64,000 nt of DNA from an uncultured bacterium (lineage in GTDB: Bacteria > Bacillota_I > Bacilli_A > RFN20 > CAG-826): the NCBI GenBank assembly GCA_949295325.1, contig CASFKG010000001.1:174779-238778 (forward strand). The letters run 5' to 3'. Shown in pieces: positions 33,597 through 43,064 of this stretch (its first letter is position 1; each line of letters opens with the position of its first letter). Both the position numbers and the translations under genes were made by a program. The notes under the pieces were generated by a model. The model was not told the origin of the DNA, ran no database searches, and saw only the letters and a program-made list of their open reading frames with translations.

Positions 33597-34634
33597 CTAG
33601 ATCCTGGGAAGCACGATGCTGTCCTCGCCCTGGGTATAGACGTAGTTGTTCCCATCGCTGCTTACTTCGACGATTATGGTCCCTTCGTACTCCCGGTTGC
33701 CGGATTCGAATTCGTAACGGAGCGAAATCGTGGACTCGTCGATCCGGTCCAATAGGTACTGTGCCTCGTGTCCGGGAGTGGTAACTTCCACCTCCATCTC
33801 GGTCTTGGCGCCTTCCGCTTCGTAGGAAAGGCTTACCTCTAAACTGGGTTCTCTGCCTCCTTCGTAAAAGGCATACGAATAGGAGACCTCGGACTCGTTC
33901 TTCTCGTTTTCCGTTTCGGTCTCGATGACGAGGTACTCCCCGTCCTCAAGGGTTATCATGAATTCCGTCTCGTATTCGGACTCGCTGCCGTTCACGCTTC
34001 TTTCGCGTTTGCCGGCGACTTCGTAACGGAGGCCATCCACCAAATAGTAACCATCGATGGAGAACTCCTCTTCGTCATCGTCGAATCCCAATGAGGTTTC
34101 GCTATAATGGAAGGAGATTTGCCGGGATTCTTCCTTGATCACCATCGTATACGGATACTCTTCGCTCGGGTCGTAATATAGTTCGCTGGGAACGATGAGG
34201 AACCCATTATCCATCATGGTTTCGGCGGTCAGCATGAAGGGATTGAGGTCGTTGAGGCGGCCCTCCAAGACATCCTTGGGGGCCAAGACCCTCAGCATTC
34301 CCAAAATAGGGGCATTGCCGCTTTCCAGACTTAGGAAATTGGAACCCGAAAGCACCCCGAAGGCGATTTCCGAATGCTTGGGGGCCAAGGTGACGTTTCC
34401 GATGACCGTCCCGGGATTGGGGGCGGCGCCGCCCTGCCCCAAGGCAATGGGAAGGCCGATCGCCAAGCCCAGGGAGCAGGCCAAAACCGGCACCCCGATG
34501 CCCAAGGCCAATCTCTTTCTTTTCCTCTTGGCTTCCTGCCTTTCGAGGTAAGCGGCCTTGATTTTGCCTTTCAGTTCGGGGACGTCGTCACCAAGCAACG
34601 ACATCACGGTTTTCCTGTCGAGTTGTTCGTTCAT
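33597..34634 (-). CDS. single-pass membrane protein, putative anti-sigma factor with an acidic beta-rich ectodomain
   Basis: 4-nt overlap with the sigma gene. Short cytoplasmic N-terminus, TM LALGIGVPVLACSLGLAIGLPIAL, and an ectodomain of about 270 aa. No zinc-finger anti-sigma motif was seen. Confidence 0.6.
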   Translation of the reverse strand: MNEQLDRKTVMSLLGDDVPELKGKIKAAYLERQEAKRKRKRLALGIGVPVLACSLGLAIGLPIALGQGGAAPNPGTVIGNVTLAPKHSEIAFGVLSGSNFLSLESGNAPILGMLRVLAPKDVLEGRLNDLNPFMLTAETMMDNGFLIVPSELYYDPSEEYPYTMVIKEESRQISFHYSETSLGFDDDEEEFSIDGYYLVDGLRYEVAGKRERSVNGSESEYETEFMITLEDGEYLVIETETENEKNESEVSYSYAFYEGGREPSLEVSLSYEAEGAKTEMEVEVTTPGHEAQYLLDRIDESTISLRYEFESGNREYEGTIIVEVSSDGNNYVYTQGEDSIVLPRI

Positions 34635-35200
34635 GTTGTTCCTAGTGCCTCCATTACCTTTCTCCTGGCTTCCTGATAGGTCCAGGTCAGCGTCCCGACG
34701 GGGACGCCGCGCAGTTTGGATATCTCCTTGAAGGTGAGCTCGCTTATGGCCCTGAGCAGCAAGACGTCGGCTTCCTTTGGGTTTAGAATCTGCCTGATCT
34801 TGGCCACCAAGCCCGTGTCGAGCGGAGCCTCGCTATGGCTTCCGATGTCTTCTTCGGCCTCGGACAGTTGTTCGCGCCTGCTCCTCTTTGCTTGGTCGAA
34901 GGCCGCGTTTTTGGCCATCGCGACCAAATAGGCGACGATGTCGATGTCCTCCCTTAGCCTTTTCTTCTTCTCGAGAAGCTTCAGGTAGGTCTCCTGCATT
35001 ACGTCTTCCGCGGACTCCTTGTTCCTAAGTATCGCGTAGGCCGCGTAGTAGACCGCCTTCTTGCTGAGGTCGTATATCTCGTCGAAGGCGGTCAGGTCGT
35101 CGTTCTTGAGCCTAGAAACCAAAGATCCGTAACCCATGCCTTCACCCATATAACTGCCGAACCGCCCTTTTTGTTGGAATAATTTTAACTTATTTGCCAT
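34631..35200 (-). CDS. sigma-70 family (ECF-like, regions 2 and 4 only) RNA polymerase sigma factor
   Basis: Region 2 AEDVMQETYLKLLE and region 4 HTH LTFKEISKLRGVPVGTLTWTYQEARRKV. ATG at 35200 is preferred over the TTG at 35215. Confidence 0.8.
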   Translation of the reverse strand: MANKLKLFQQKGRFGSYMGEGMGYGSLVSRLKNDDLTAFDEIYDLSKKAVYYAAYAILRNKESAEDVMQETYLKLLEKKKRLREDIDIVAYLVAMAKNAAFDQAKRSRREQLSEAEEDIGSHSEAPLDTGLVAKIRQILNPKEADVLLLRAISELTFKEISKLRGVPVGTLTWTYQEARRKVMEALGTT

Positions 35201-35211
35201 AACTATCACGA

Positions 35212-35238
35212 ACAAAAGGAAAAGCCGCCGAGGCGGCT
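35212..35238 (-). terminator. terminator after the feo operon
   Basis: On the minus strand, AGCCGCC-TC-GGCGGCT followed by TTTTCCTTTTG. Confidence 0.55.
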
Positions 35239-35263
35239 AATCCGGTATTAAGGAGAAACGGTT

Positions 35264-35461
35264 TTATCTGCTTTTTGACTTGGCCTTCTCTTCTTTCTTC
35301 TTGAGGGCCTTATATTCGGCGACAAGGGCTTTTGCCTTCGAGTGCCCGCAGTCGCAGTCGTCGAAGCCGGGTTTATTGTTCATCAAGGCCCTGAGTTGGT
35401 AGACGATGACGAATACCGCGTAGGCGAGCACCAAAGCCACGATGAGTATTGCTACCCACAT
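35264..35461 (-). CDS. FeoB-associated Cys-rich small membrane protein
   Basis: MWVAILIVALVLAYAVFVIVYQL TM helix, then DDCDCGHS. Its ATG overlaps the feoB stop as TAATG. The longer ORF-track start is rejected. Confidence 0.6.
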   Translation of the reverse strand: MWVAILIVALVLAYAVFVIVYQLRALMNNKPGFDDCDCGHSKAKALVAEYKALKKKEEKAKSKSR

Positions 35462-37776
35462 TAGGCGCCGGCTGCCTCCTTCGCGGTCATCTTTTTGCCA
35501 TAGAAGTAGAGGGCCGCTACCCCGGCAATTAACACCGCCGCCCAGACGGCAATGGTCCAAGGGAAATCAATCATCGTGTAGAAGGCTGCGGCCACGACGT
35601 AACTGACCACAAGCCAGAACAAAACGGTCCATTTGAAGGAGCCTTTGGGCAATTCGCTTTTCGCGGTCGCCACCGCGGCAAAGCAAGGTATCGTCAGCAT
35701 GTTGAAGATGATGAAAGCAATGGCTCCGCCGGCCGTCAAACCGGTTGCGGCGATCATCGAGGCGAACATCTCCCCCGACGCGTTTTCGTCGAAGGCGGCG
35801 ATTGCCCCGATGGAGACAGCGAGGGTGCCAAGCGTCCCGATCGCGTTTTCCTTGGCCATCAGGCCGGTGACCACCGCGACCGCGAAGACCCATCCGACCC
35901 CGCCGGCAAGCTGGTTGCCAAAACCTAGTGGCGTAAATAGTGGCTGGATGAACTGCCCGAGCGATGCCAATATCGAACCCTCGGAGGCCTCGTCGGGAAG
36001 ATAGGTCCAGTTCCAAGCGAGATGCTGGAGCAGCCATATGACCACGGTGGTCGCGAAGATAATGGTGAACGCCTTCTTGACGAAATGCTTGGTCTTGTCC
36101 CAAAGGTGAATCATCAAAGCCCTAGCCTGGGGAAGATGGTAGGCGGGCAGTTCCATGATGAAGGGCGGAACCTTTTCGCGCCTTGTCGTGATGTGCATGA
36201 CGAGGACCGCGCAGATGGCAACCACCATCCCAAGCAAGTACATCATGAGGGTAATAAGATCGACATAAGGCATGCCAAAGGCCAAGGCAATGCCGCCGGC
36301 GACTGCGGTAAGAATCGGTAGCTTCGCGCCGCAGCTGAAGAAAGGGATGACCCGGATGGTCGCGACTTTTTCGTTATCGGTCCCGAGGGTCCTCGTATTC
36401 ATCATGGCCGGGACCGAGCAGCCGAACCCCATGATCATGGGCAGGAATGCCCTCCCGGATAAACCGAACTTACGGAATATCCTGTCGAGTATGAAGGCAA
36501 CGCGGGCCATGTAGCCGGAGTCTTCCAGGATCGAGAAGAAGAGGAATAACAGCAATATCTGAGGCAAGAAGCCCAGCACCGCGAAGACGCCGCCAAGGAT
36601 GCCGTCACAAATGAGCGAAGGTATCCACTGCAGCTCCGGGGGCAGGTTGAGCGATTCGAACCCGCTTGAAACAAGTCCCGTTATGGAATCGGTCACACCG
36701 CTTAAGAGATTTGTTAGCAAGACGCCGGGCGACGCCAGACCAGCTTCGCCTATCAAAAACCCAGTGAATGGATTGTCTCCAAAATCAGGAAATGTGATTC
36801 CGGACCCGAAGGCGCCCATAGCGTTCAGATACAAGAAGTCTTCCGAGAAGACGAGATGGAATATCAGGAAGAGAATAGCGATGAAGATAGGGATGCCTGC
36901 CCACTTGTTGGTCAATACCCTATCGATTTTGTCACTGAGTTTTAAACGGGGTTTTCCCTTTTCGTTTTCTTCTTTGGCCGTTGGACCTTCCTTATAGGCG
37001 TTGGCGCATTTCTCGGTAATGAACTGGTAACGTAGGTCTGCAGTCTTGGCTTCGTAATCCGTACCGCCGGCGAGTATTGCGCTTACCTTATCGAATGCTT
37101 CCTTGTTCTTTTGACCTTCGAGTTCGTCGCCCTCGATGGCCTTGATTGCATGGAACAAGGGGTTTTCGATTTCGCAATCCTCGTAAATCGCCCTTGCTTT
37201 TCCAATGATTTCCGAAATATCGCCGCCTTCCAGGACTGAGCGACCCTTTCTTTTGCTTTCTGCAACCTTTGCGGCGGTTTCCATAAGCTCGTCGAGGTTA
37301 TTCTGCTTTAATGCGGAAATGGAAACGACCGGGACGCCCAAGGAATTGCTTAGGGTTTTCTCATCGATCGAACCGCCGTTTTTCTTCAAGACGTCCGTCA
37401 TGTTCAGGGCGACTACGACCGGGACGTCCGTTTCCAGAAGCTGGGTCGTAAGATAAAGGTTCCTCTCGAGGTTGGTAGCATCCACGACATCGATAATGCA
37501 GTCGGGATGCTCCTCGAGGATGTAATTGCGGGAAATGATTTCTTCGGAAGCATAAGGCGAGAGAGAATAAATCCCCGGTAGATCGACTATCTCGATTTTA
37601 CCGCCGGTCTTTCTCTTATAATGACCGGACCTTTTTTCCACCGTGACTCCGGGCCAGTTGCCTACATAGGCGGTTGCACCGGTAAGCGAATTGAAAAGAG
37701 TCGTCTTGCCGCAGTTCGGATTGCCCGCCAGGGCAACGCTTAGTTTCCTATCAGTGTTCATAGTCTCCATCCGCAT
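35461..37776 (-). CDS. feoB: ferrous iron transporter FeoB
   Basis: N-terminal G domain LAGNPNCGKTTLFNSLTG, DLPGIYSL, NMTD. Long polytopic C-terminal permease. 771 aa. Confidence 0.95.
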   Translation of the reverse strand: MRMETMNTDRKLSVALAGNPNCGKTTLFNSLTGATAYVGNWPGVTVEKRSGHYKRKTGGKIEIVDLPGIYSLSPYASEEIISRNYILEEHPDCIIDVVDATNLERNLYLTTQLLETDVPVVVALNMTDVLKKNGGSIDEKTLSNSLGVPVVSISALKQNNLDELMETAAKVAESKRKGRSVLEGGDISEIIGKARAIYEDCEIENPLFHAIKAIEGDELEGQKNKEAFDKVSAILAGGTDYEAKTADLRYQFITEKCANAYKEGPTAKEENEKGKPRLKLSDKIDRVLTNKWAGIPIFIAILFLIFHLVFSEDFLYLNAMGAFGSGITFPDFGDNPFTGFLIGEAGLASPGVLLTNLLSGVTDSITGLVSSGFESLNLPPELQWIPSLICDGILGGVFAVLGFLPQILLLFLFFSILEDSGYMARVAFILDRIFRKFGLSGRAFLPMIMGFGCSVPAMMNTRTLGTDNEKVATIRVIPFFSCGAKLPILTAVAGGIALAFGMPYVDLITLMMYLLGMVVAICAVLVMHITTRREKVPPFIMELPAYHLPQARALMIHLWDKTKHFVKKAFTIIFATTVVIWLLQHLAWNWTYLPDEASEGSILASLGQFIQPLFTPLGFGNQLAGGVGWVFAVAVVTGLMAKENAIGTLGTLAVSIGAIAAFDENASGEMFASMIAATGLTAGGAIAFIIFNMLTIPCFAAVATAKSELPKGSFKWTVLFWLVVSYVVAAAFYTMIDFPWTIAVWAAVLIAGVAALYFYGKKMTAKEAAGA

Positions 37777-38020
37777 CGTCGACGTAGATTTCTAGATACT
37801 TGGCCTCGTCCTTCCTTAGGCTTAGCTCATATCCTCTGATGGTGATTTCGAGTGGGTCACCCAGTGGTGCTTTCTTCCTTAGATAAACTTTCACTCCGGG
37901 AGTTAACCCCATATCGAAAAGGCGGCGTCTAACAATTCCTTGTGCTTCTACCTTTTCGACTCTCGCTGCCATTCCCACTTTTAGCCGGTCCAGTGTAGTC
38001 AACATATAACCTCCTAACAA
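37751..38020 (-). CDS. feoA: FeoA domain protein
   Basis: SH3-like FeoA pattern, LKVGMAARVEKV...RRRLFDMGLTPGVKVYLRKKAPLGDPLEI. Confidence 0.85.
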   Translation of the reverse strand: MLGGYMLTTLDRLKVGMAARVEKVEAQGIVRRRLFDMGLTPGVKVYLRKKAPLGDPLEITIRGYELSLRKDEAKYLEIYVDDADGDYEH

Positions 38021-38232
38021 ACGAAGATACGACGGGAAATGTCTCTATCGAGAGCAAGCCTGGTCCCTTTCACCACGATGACGGTTCCGCCCTTCTGATC
38101 CCGAGTGAGAACTTCCAAGGTAGAACTTGGCAAAATGCCGAGTTCCCTAAGCCTTTGGAGCAGTTTTTCATCGTCAATCGCGACTTTGACTATCCTCATG
38201 GTCTTTTCGACAGGAGCTATCGCAAGTGGCAT
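38014..38232 (-). CDS. feoA: FeoA domain protein (second copy)
   Basis: MRIVKVAIDDEKLLQRLRELGILPSSTLEVL...GTVIVVKGTRLAL. SD GGAGG lies 7 nt upstream of the ATG at 38232. An ATG at 38238 is also possible. Confidence 0.75.
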   Translation of the reverse strand: MPLAIAPVEKTMRIVKVAIDDEKLLQRLRELGILPSSTLEVLTRDQKGGTVIVVKGTRLALDRDISRRIFVC

Positions 38233-38245
38233 TTCCATACCTCCG

Positions 38246-38259
38246 TTAGTTTTAACTAA
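38246..38259. promoter_or_regulatory. candidate DtxR/IdeR-type operator in the feoA 5' region
   Basis: Perfect palindrome TTAGTT-TT-AACTAA abutting the feoA SD. Its half-sites resemble the TTAGG..CCTAA iron box. Confidence 0.35.
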
Positions 38260-38353
38260 CCATGCACAATATACACGCCTCGGATGGGGAATCAAGGAAA
38301 AGTTATATTTGGCTAACTTGTGTTTTCTTGGAATCGGCCTTTTAATTTCAACT

Positions 38354-38737
38354 ATGGAAAACACGAAGACCCACGAATCGAGCGAAGACTATCTCGAAAG
38401 AATACTGATGCTTTCGGAAAACGGCACTAAGACCGTAAAGGCAATAGATTTGGCTAAGTCCATGGGTTTCAGCAAGCCTTCGATTTCAATCGCCCTAAAG
38501 AAACTCGAGCAGGAAGGCTACGTATATCTAGGCGAACGCCAGTCCCTCCATCTTAGCGAAGAGGGCCTGAAAATAGCCTCGGCCATTTACGAGCGTCATG
38601 AAACATTGGCGAAAATGTTGATGGCTTTAGGCGTAAGCGAGGAAACCGCCTACAAGGACGCCTGCCATATCGAGCATGATTTGTCCGATGAAACCTGGGC
38701 GGCCATCAAGAACCACTTCCAACGGATCATCAAGTAG
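38354..38737 (+). CDS. DtxR/MntR-family metal-dependent transcriptional regulator
   Basis: SSEDYLERILML...KAIDLAKSMGFSKPSISIALKKLEQEGYV wHTH and the metal-site region HETLAKML..ACHIEHDLS. Divergent from feoAAB. Confidence 0.85.
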   Translation: MENTKTHESSEDYLERILMLSENGTKTVKAIDLAKSMGFSKPSISIALKKLEQEGYVYLGERQSLHLSEEGLKIASAIYERHETLAKMLMALGVSEETAYKDACHIEHDLSDETWAAIKNHFQRIIK

Positions 38738-40048
38738 CTATTCTTCCTTTTTGTCCTCTTCGATTTTGCGAATGAGGACTTTTCTTATGACCTTGCGGGC
38801 CCCGAAGGCCAATACTTTGAAGGTATAGCCGCCGAATTCCAGGGATTTGGAAGTATCGATTCCGGATTCCCCGGATAGTTCGTTTAGAAAGCCTCCCAAG
38901 GTTTCGGAGTCGGTGTCGGTTTCGTCGTAATCGATGCCTAGTTCCCCGAAAAGTTCCTCGAGGTTCATGGCCCCGTCGGCGATGTAGGTTCCTTCTCCCC
39001 GCTCTACGAAAGGTTCGTCAGCATGGTCTGTTTCGTCCCATATTTCCCCGACTATTTCTTCTATTATGTCCTCGGCTGTAACAATGCCTTCGAAGCCGCC
39101 GTATTCGTCCATGATCGCGGCGATACGGGTTTTCTTGGCCCGCATCTGGTCGAGGATGTCGCTTACGTCCTCAGAGCGGTGGAAGAAAATAAGCGGACGG
39201 ATGAGAGGAGCGATCGAGTCCCCTTCACCCCTGAGGTTCAGAGCAACGATGTCCTTGAGGCGGACATAGCCCAAGATGTTGTCGATCGTGTTCTCGTAGA
39301 CCGGGAAGCGCGAATGGCTGAAAGCCCCGGGCCTGGACAATATGTAAGAAGCCGGTTCGTGGATGGATACCGCGAATACCTTTACCCTAGGGGTAAGTAT
39401 TTCGAAGGCTTTCGCCGTTGCAAAATCCACCGTGCCGCGGAGGAGGTCCGCTTCTTCTTCGGAGAGGGTCCCCTTTTCTTCGCTTTCGTCGATCATCTCC
39501 TGCAGATCGTCTTCCTGCGACTTCTCTTCGGGGAACATCTTGAGTATGGGATAGCTGACTACGTTGCCTAATCCCCCGACGAGGAAAGTGATGGGCAAAG
39601 TGACCCAATAACAGCACTGGATTATCGGGGCATAATTGATCGAAAGCGTTAGATTTTTTATTTTTCCGAAGCTTTTTGCGATGATTTCGCCAAAAGTAAT
39701 CTTGAAAACCAAAACAATTAACGAGGCAATCAGACCGAAGGTTTCCTGAAGGGAACCGTCGGCTATGCCGAAAACTTCTATGGCCAAGGAAACGCCAAGC
39801 AAGGTCGCAACCGAATCAAGTCCCGCGTTGATCGTATCGTTGAATAGAAGGATGGTAGAGATGGTTTTGTCATAGCCTTGGCTTAACTTATAGGCAACCT
39901 TCCTTTTATACGAATTCGGATGGTGGGCAACTTCCCTATCAAGACGGCTTAAAGATATCGAACCATAGGCCATGTCCGCGGAGGAAAAGAAGACCGAGCC
40001 GGCCAGTAGGACAACCAAAACGATGGAATAAACGATAATCAGGGTCAT
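38738..40048 (-). CDS. CNNM/DUF21 - CBS pair - CorC_HlyC family membrane protein (TlyC/hemolysin-like)
   Basis: N-terminal DUF21 TM region, CBS pair, and a C-terminal transporter-associated domain (GGYTFKVLAFGARKVIRKVLI). Confidence 0.9.
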   Translation of the reverse strand: MTLIIVYSIVLVVLLAGSVFFSSADMAYGSISLSRLDREVAHHPNSYKRKVAYKLSQGYDKTISTILLFNDTINAGLDSVATLLGVSLAIEVFGIADGSLQETFGLIASLIVLVFKITFGEIIAKSFGKIKNLTLSINYAPIIQCCYWVTLPITFLVGGLGNVVSYPILKMFPEEKSQEDDLQEMIDESEEKGTLSEEEADLLRGTVDFATAKAFEILTPRVKVFAVSIHEPASYILSRPGAFSHSRFPVYENTIDNILGYVRLKDIVALNLRGEGDSIAPLIRPLIFFHRSEDVSDILDQMRAKKTRIAAIMDEYGGFEGIVTAEDIIEEIVGEIWDETDHADEPFVERGEGTYIADGAMNLEELFGELGIDYDETDTDSETLGGFLNELSGESGIDTSKSLEFGGYTFKVLAFGARKVIRKVLIRKIEEDKKEE

Positions 40049-41169
40049 GCCGCTACCTCCGCCTTCGTGGTAGTCGGATCGCTTGCGACCAGTTCATCCA
40101 GGATGTCGTCCAAAGTGACGATGCCGAGGGTCTTGCCATCTTTGTCTTTGACAACCCCCATGTGCATCTTTTCGTCGGTTAGTTCCTCGAAAGCCGAGAG
40201 GAGATTTTCGTCTTCTTTTATTTCCAAGGGCATGAGCAAAGACGACCTGGGATCGAGGTGATTATCCTCGTAATAGTCGCGGAAATAGACGTTCACGCCC
40301 AAAATGCCGACAATGTTATCTTTCCTATCGCGGTAAACCGGAAGCCGGCTGAATCTAGAATTTATTAGAATTTCATTCAATTGCTTCGGAATAAGTTGTT
40401 CCTCATCGAGGGCAATTACCTTCTCTAAAGGGGTATAAACCGAGGAAACCTTTTTATCGGATAGCGAAAGGGCCTTCTTGAGCATGGTCACTTCCTCAGG
40501 CTCGAGAAGTTCTTCTTCCTTGTTGGTAAGGGAATTTTCGAGAACGGCCTCATCGGCTTTTAGGACCAGGTCTTCCTTACTAAGCAGGTCATCCTCTTTT
40601 ACCCTGAAGAGCTTATGCACACCCGAGAGGATGAGTTTGAAAACGAAAATGATCGGCCAAAGTAGCAAGGAGAGTATATAGTCCGGCCAGGCAAGAAGGA
40701 CCGCCATCCTGTTGGGCATGGCTTTGGAAAGGATCTTGGGAACCGTATCGGAAACGACATATACGAGAAACGCCATGACGACCGTCGAAAGAACAGCTTC
40801 CACGGCATCACCCAAGCCATAGAGGTTGCAGATGTTATAGAAGATCAAGGCGGACATCGACGACATGAGAGTCTGGACGATGTTATTGCCGACGAGCACA
40901 GAAACGAGGGTTGATTCAAACCTCTCGGTCATCTTCACAACGATCTTTGCGGTTCGGCTCCCTTTTTCGGCTTCGGCTTTAAAATGATATTTGTCGCAAT
41001 TTGAAAATGCGTTTTCGCTGGCAGAAAAAAGCCCGCTGATGGAAAGCATGATGACAATAAGCAAAATGGAAACCCACAAGGGCATCCCATAAATGGTTAT
41101 GTCACCAACAGTTCCGGCGAGGGTATGTATTCGATCTAGGCCAGCAGTACACGAGTCGGGATCAGGCAT
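40045..41169 (-). CDS. CNNM/DUF21 - CBS pair membrane protein (no CorC_HlyC tail)
   Basis: Paralog of the downstream gene with a 4-nt overlap. It ends right after the CBS pair (GIVTLDDILDELV). Confidence 0.85.
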   Translation of the reverse strand: MPDPDSCTAGLDRIHTLAGTVGDITIYGMPLWVSILLIVIMLSISGLFSASENAFSNCDKYHFKAEAEKGSRTAKIVVKMTERFESTLVSVLVGNNIVQTLMSSMSALIFYNICNLYGLGDAVEAVLSTVVMAFLVYVVSDTVPKILSKAMPNRMAVLLAWPDYILSLLLWPIIFVFKLILSGVHKLFRVKEDDLLSKEDLVLKADEAVLENSLTNKEEELLEPEEVTMLKKALSLSDKKVSSVYTPLEKVIALDEEQLIPKQLNEILINSRFSRLPVYRDRKDNIVGILGVNVYFRDYYEDNHLDPRSSLLMPLEIKEDENLLSAFEELTDEKMHMGVVKDKDGKTLGIVTLDDILDELVASDPTTTKAEVAA

Positions 41170-41529
41170 ATGGAAATGATAATAAGGAATTGCCCTTTAC
41201 ATTTCAATATGGAGCCCCTGGGAGCCAATGAGCTGTTTGGACGATTAGGACTGCATTGGGGTTTCTGTTCCCCGTTTAGCGGCATAGTAGAAGCGAAAAA
41301 CAGAAAAGTACTAAGCCATGTCGGGGCAAAATGACTTGCCTACCGTTTGTTTTCAATAAAGAAAAATTGCATACCTAATCATCTGCTTACGGATATGTCT
41401 ATGGAAGGGGCTGAAAACAATAATTTAATATATTGTTTTTTGTCCGTTTCATGTCCGTATGGGATTTACATTTACTCAAAATAGTCATTTTCAAAATTGA
41501 TAAAATTGACTATATAATAAAAACAGACA

Positions 41530-42774
41530 ATGGCTTCGTTTGATTTAATCAAAACATTCAAACAACCTGACCTTGAATTTGTCAGGACTTTAGCTGCTCT
41601 TCTGAATTCATCCGGCGGAGTTATCTATTTCGAAGCCAATGATCCAGACTCGTTAGTTAAGGAAATCAAAAAGCTAATACGTGTCTCACTCCGGCCATCC
41701 GCCAATTTGCCGATAGTTTACCGAGTCCGTTTTGCCGACGGAAAAACGTATTTAACTTTGGAAGTCTCGCCAATCATCGAAAAAGTTGTCGAAACCACCA
41801 ATCGTTTCGGCAGCGAACTCCTCGTTATTAAAGGAGGAACTATCAGAGCCTTGGACAAGGATGATAGAGCTTCCATAATGGCGATAAAACAAGGCCTTTA
41901 CGATCCAATGTACGAGACTGCGGGCCTCAATGACGCCCCTACATATCGCTATTTCCGCCTGATGTTAGGGGGTGCTTTCCTGGATATGGAGGAATTAAGC
42001 CTCGAAAACTACTTCAGGCTAAGGAACCAATACGGCTCTTATAACCTAAATAGCGACCTTTTGTCCGATCAAAACCCGTTTCCCCTATATCTCTACAAAT
42101 TCACCGGAAAATCAGTCTCTGCGAATATGTCGAGGACGGATTACGGACATAGACCCCTGTATTTGGCCATAGAAGCCCTCAGAATGAGGATTGAAGCCGA
42201 ATCCATGGCAGCCGTCGACCTCGGGATTCCGGCAATTGACCAGAACCTAATAAACGAAGCCTTGTCAAATGCCATCGCCCACAATAACTGGTTAAGGGGA
42301 GCCCCGAGCGTCCTTCTATTCGATAACCGCATCGAATTCCGCTCCTACATAACACCGGGAGAAGGAGTCGATCTCGATGGCTATCCCAAAAACCCGTCCC
42401 TATTCAAAGCCTTGCAGGCGATTGGGTTTGCCAATGGCTTAAGGCGTGGTCATTCCGTTTTGCAAAATTATTCCGGCTACCGCTATAAAATCTCGGATAA
42501 GGATACCTACTGCGTGACTCTTTATTACGAAGTTCCCATTTCATTCATAAAGGAAAGGCGCGTAAAACGCTTGGCCTTGTCCCTAAAAGAGTCGGAAGCC
42601 AGGGTCTTGTCCATGCTTCAGAATGATCCTACCCTCCGTGCGGAAGATATCTGCTACCTCATCAGCCGCAGCAAAAAGTCGGTCGAACGGGCCTTCGTTT
42701 CCCTGCAGCAACAAGGATATATAAGGAGAATTGGCAGCAAACGCTACGGGCACTGGGAAATAGTCAGGGATTAA
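41530..42774 (+). CDS. AlbA_2 (Schlafen-type) / HATPase_c_4 (RecG-C-like) / wHTH putative transcriptional regulator
   Basis: PDLEFVRTLAALLNSSGGVIYFEAND (AlbA_2 pattern), EALSNAIAHNNWLRGAPSVLLFDNRIEFRSYITPG (HATPase_c_4 pattern), and a C-terminal wHTH SRSKKSVERAFVSLQQQGYIRRIG. The gene is visibly AT-richer than its neighbours. Confidence 0.8.
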   Translation: MASFDLIKTFKQPDLEFVRTLAALLNSSGGVIYFEANDPDSLVKEIKKLIRVSLRPSANLPIVYRVRFADGKTYLTLEVSPIIEKVVETTNRFGSELLVIKGGTIRALDKDDRASIMAIKQGLYDPMYETAGLNDAPTYRYFRLMLGGAFLDMEELSLENYFRLRNQYGSYNLNSDLLSDQNPFPLYLYKFTGKSVSANMSRTDYGHRPLYLAIEALRMRIEAESMAAVDLGIPAIDQNLINEALSNAIAHNNWLRGAPSVLLFDNRIEFRSYITPGEGVDLDGYPKNPSLFKALQAIGFANGLRRGHSVLQNYSGYRYKISDKDTYCVTLYYEVPISFIKERRVKRLALSLKESEARVLSMLQNDPTLRAEDICYLISRSKKSVERAFVSLQQQGYIRRIGSKRYGHWEIVRD

Positions 42775-42991
42775 ACTGAAAATTCCCAGCCCGGTTGCAG
42801 ACTTCCGGCTAGGGCAAAAGAAACGGCCTTTCGAACCGAACTTAACCGCAAGTAAGAATGTTTTTTCCTTTTCGCCGATATAGCGGCAGTTAATGGCATA
42901 AAGGAAACCAATTGGTAATCACCGCCAGCATCCAAAGCCCGGAAATTGGTATACAAATAAAATAAGGAATTTACCGGCGGCCCTCGTTAAA

Positions 42992-43015
42992 GAAAAAAAG
43001 TCCGTAAACCGGACT
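42992..43015 (-). terminator. terminator after tRNA-Leu
   Basis: On the minus strand, AGTCCG-GTTTA-CGGACT followed by TTTTTTT. Confidence 0.6.
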
Positions 43016-43064
43016 CGTCTATCGGACTTTGATGCCGACGATGGCATCGGAAGCTATACGCTCG

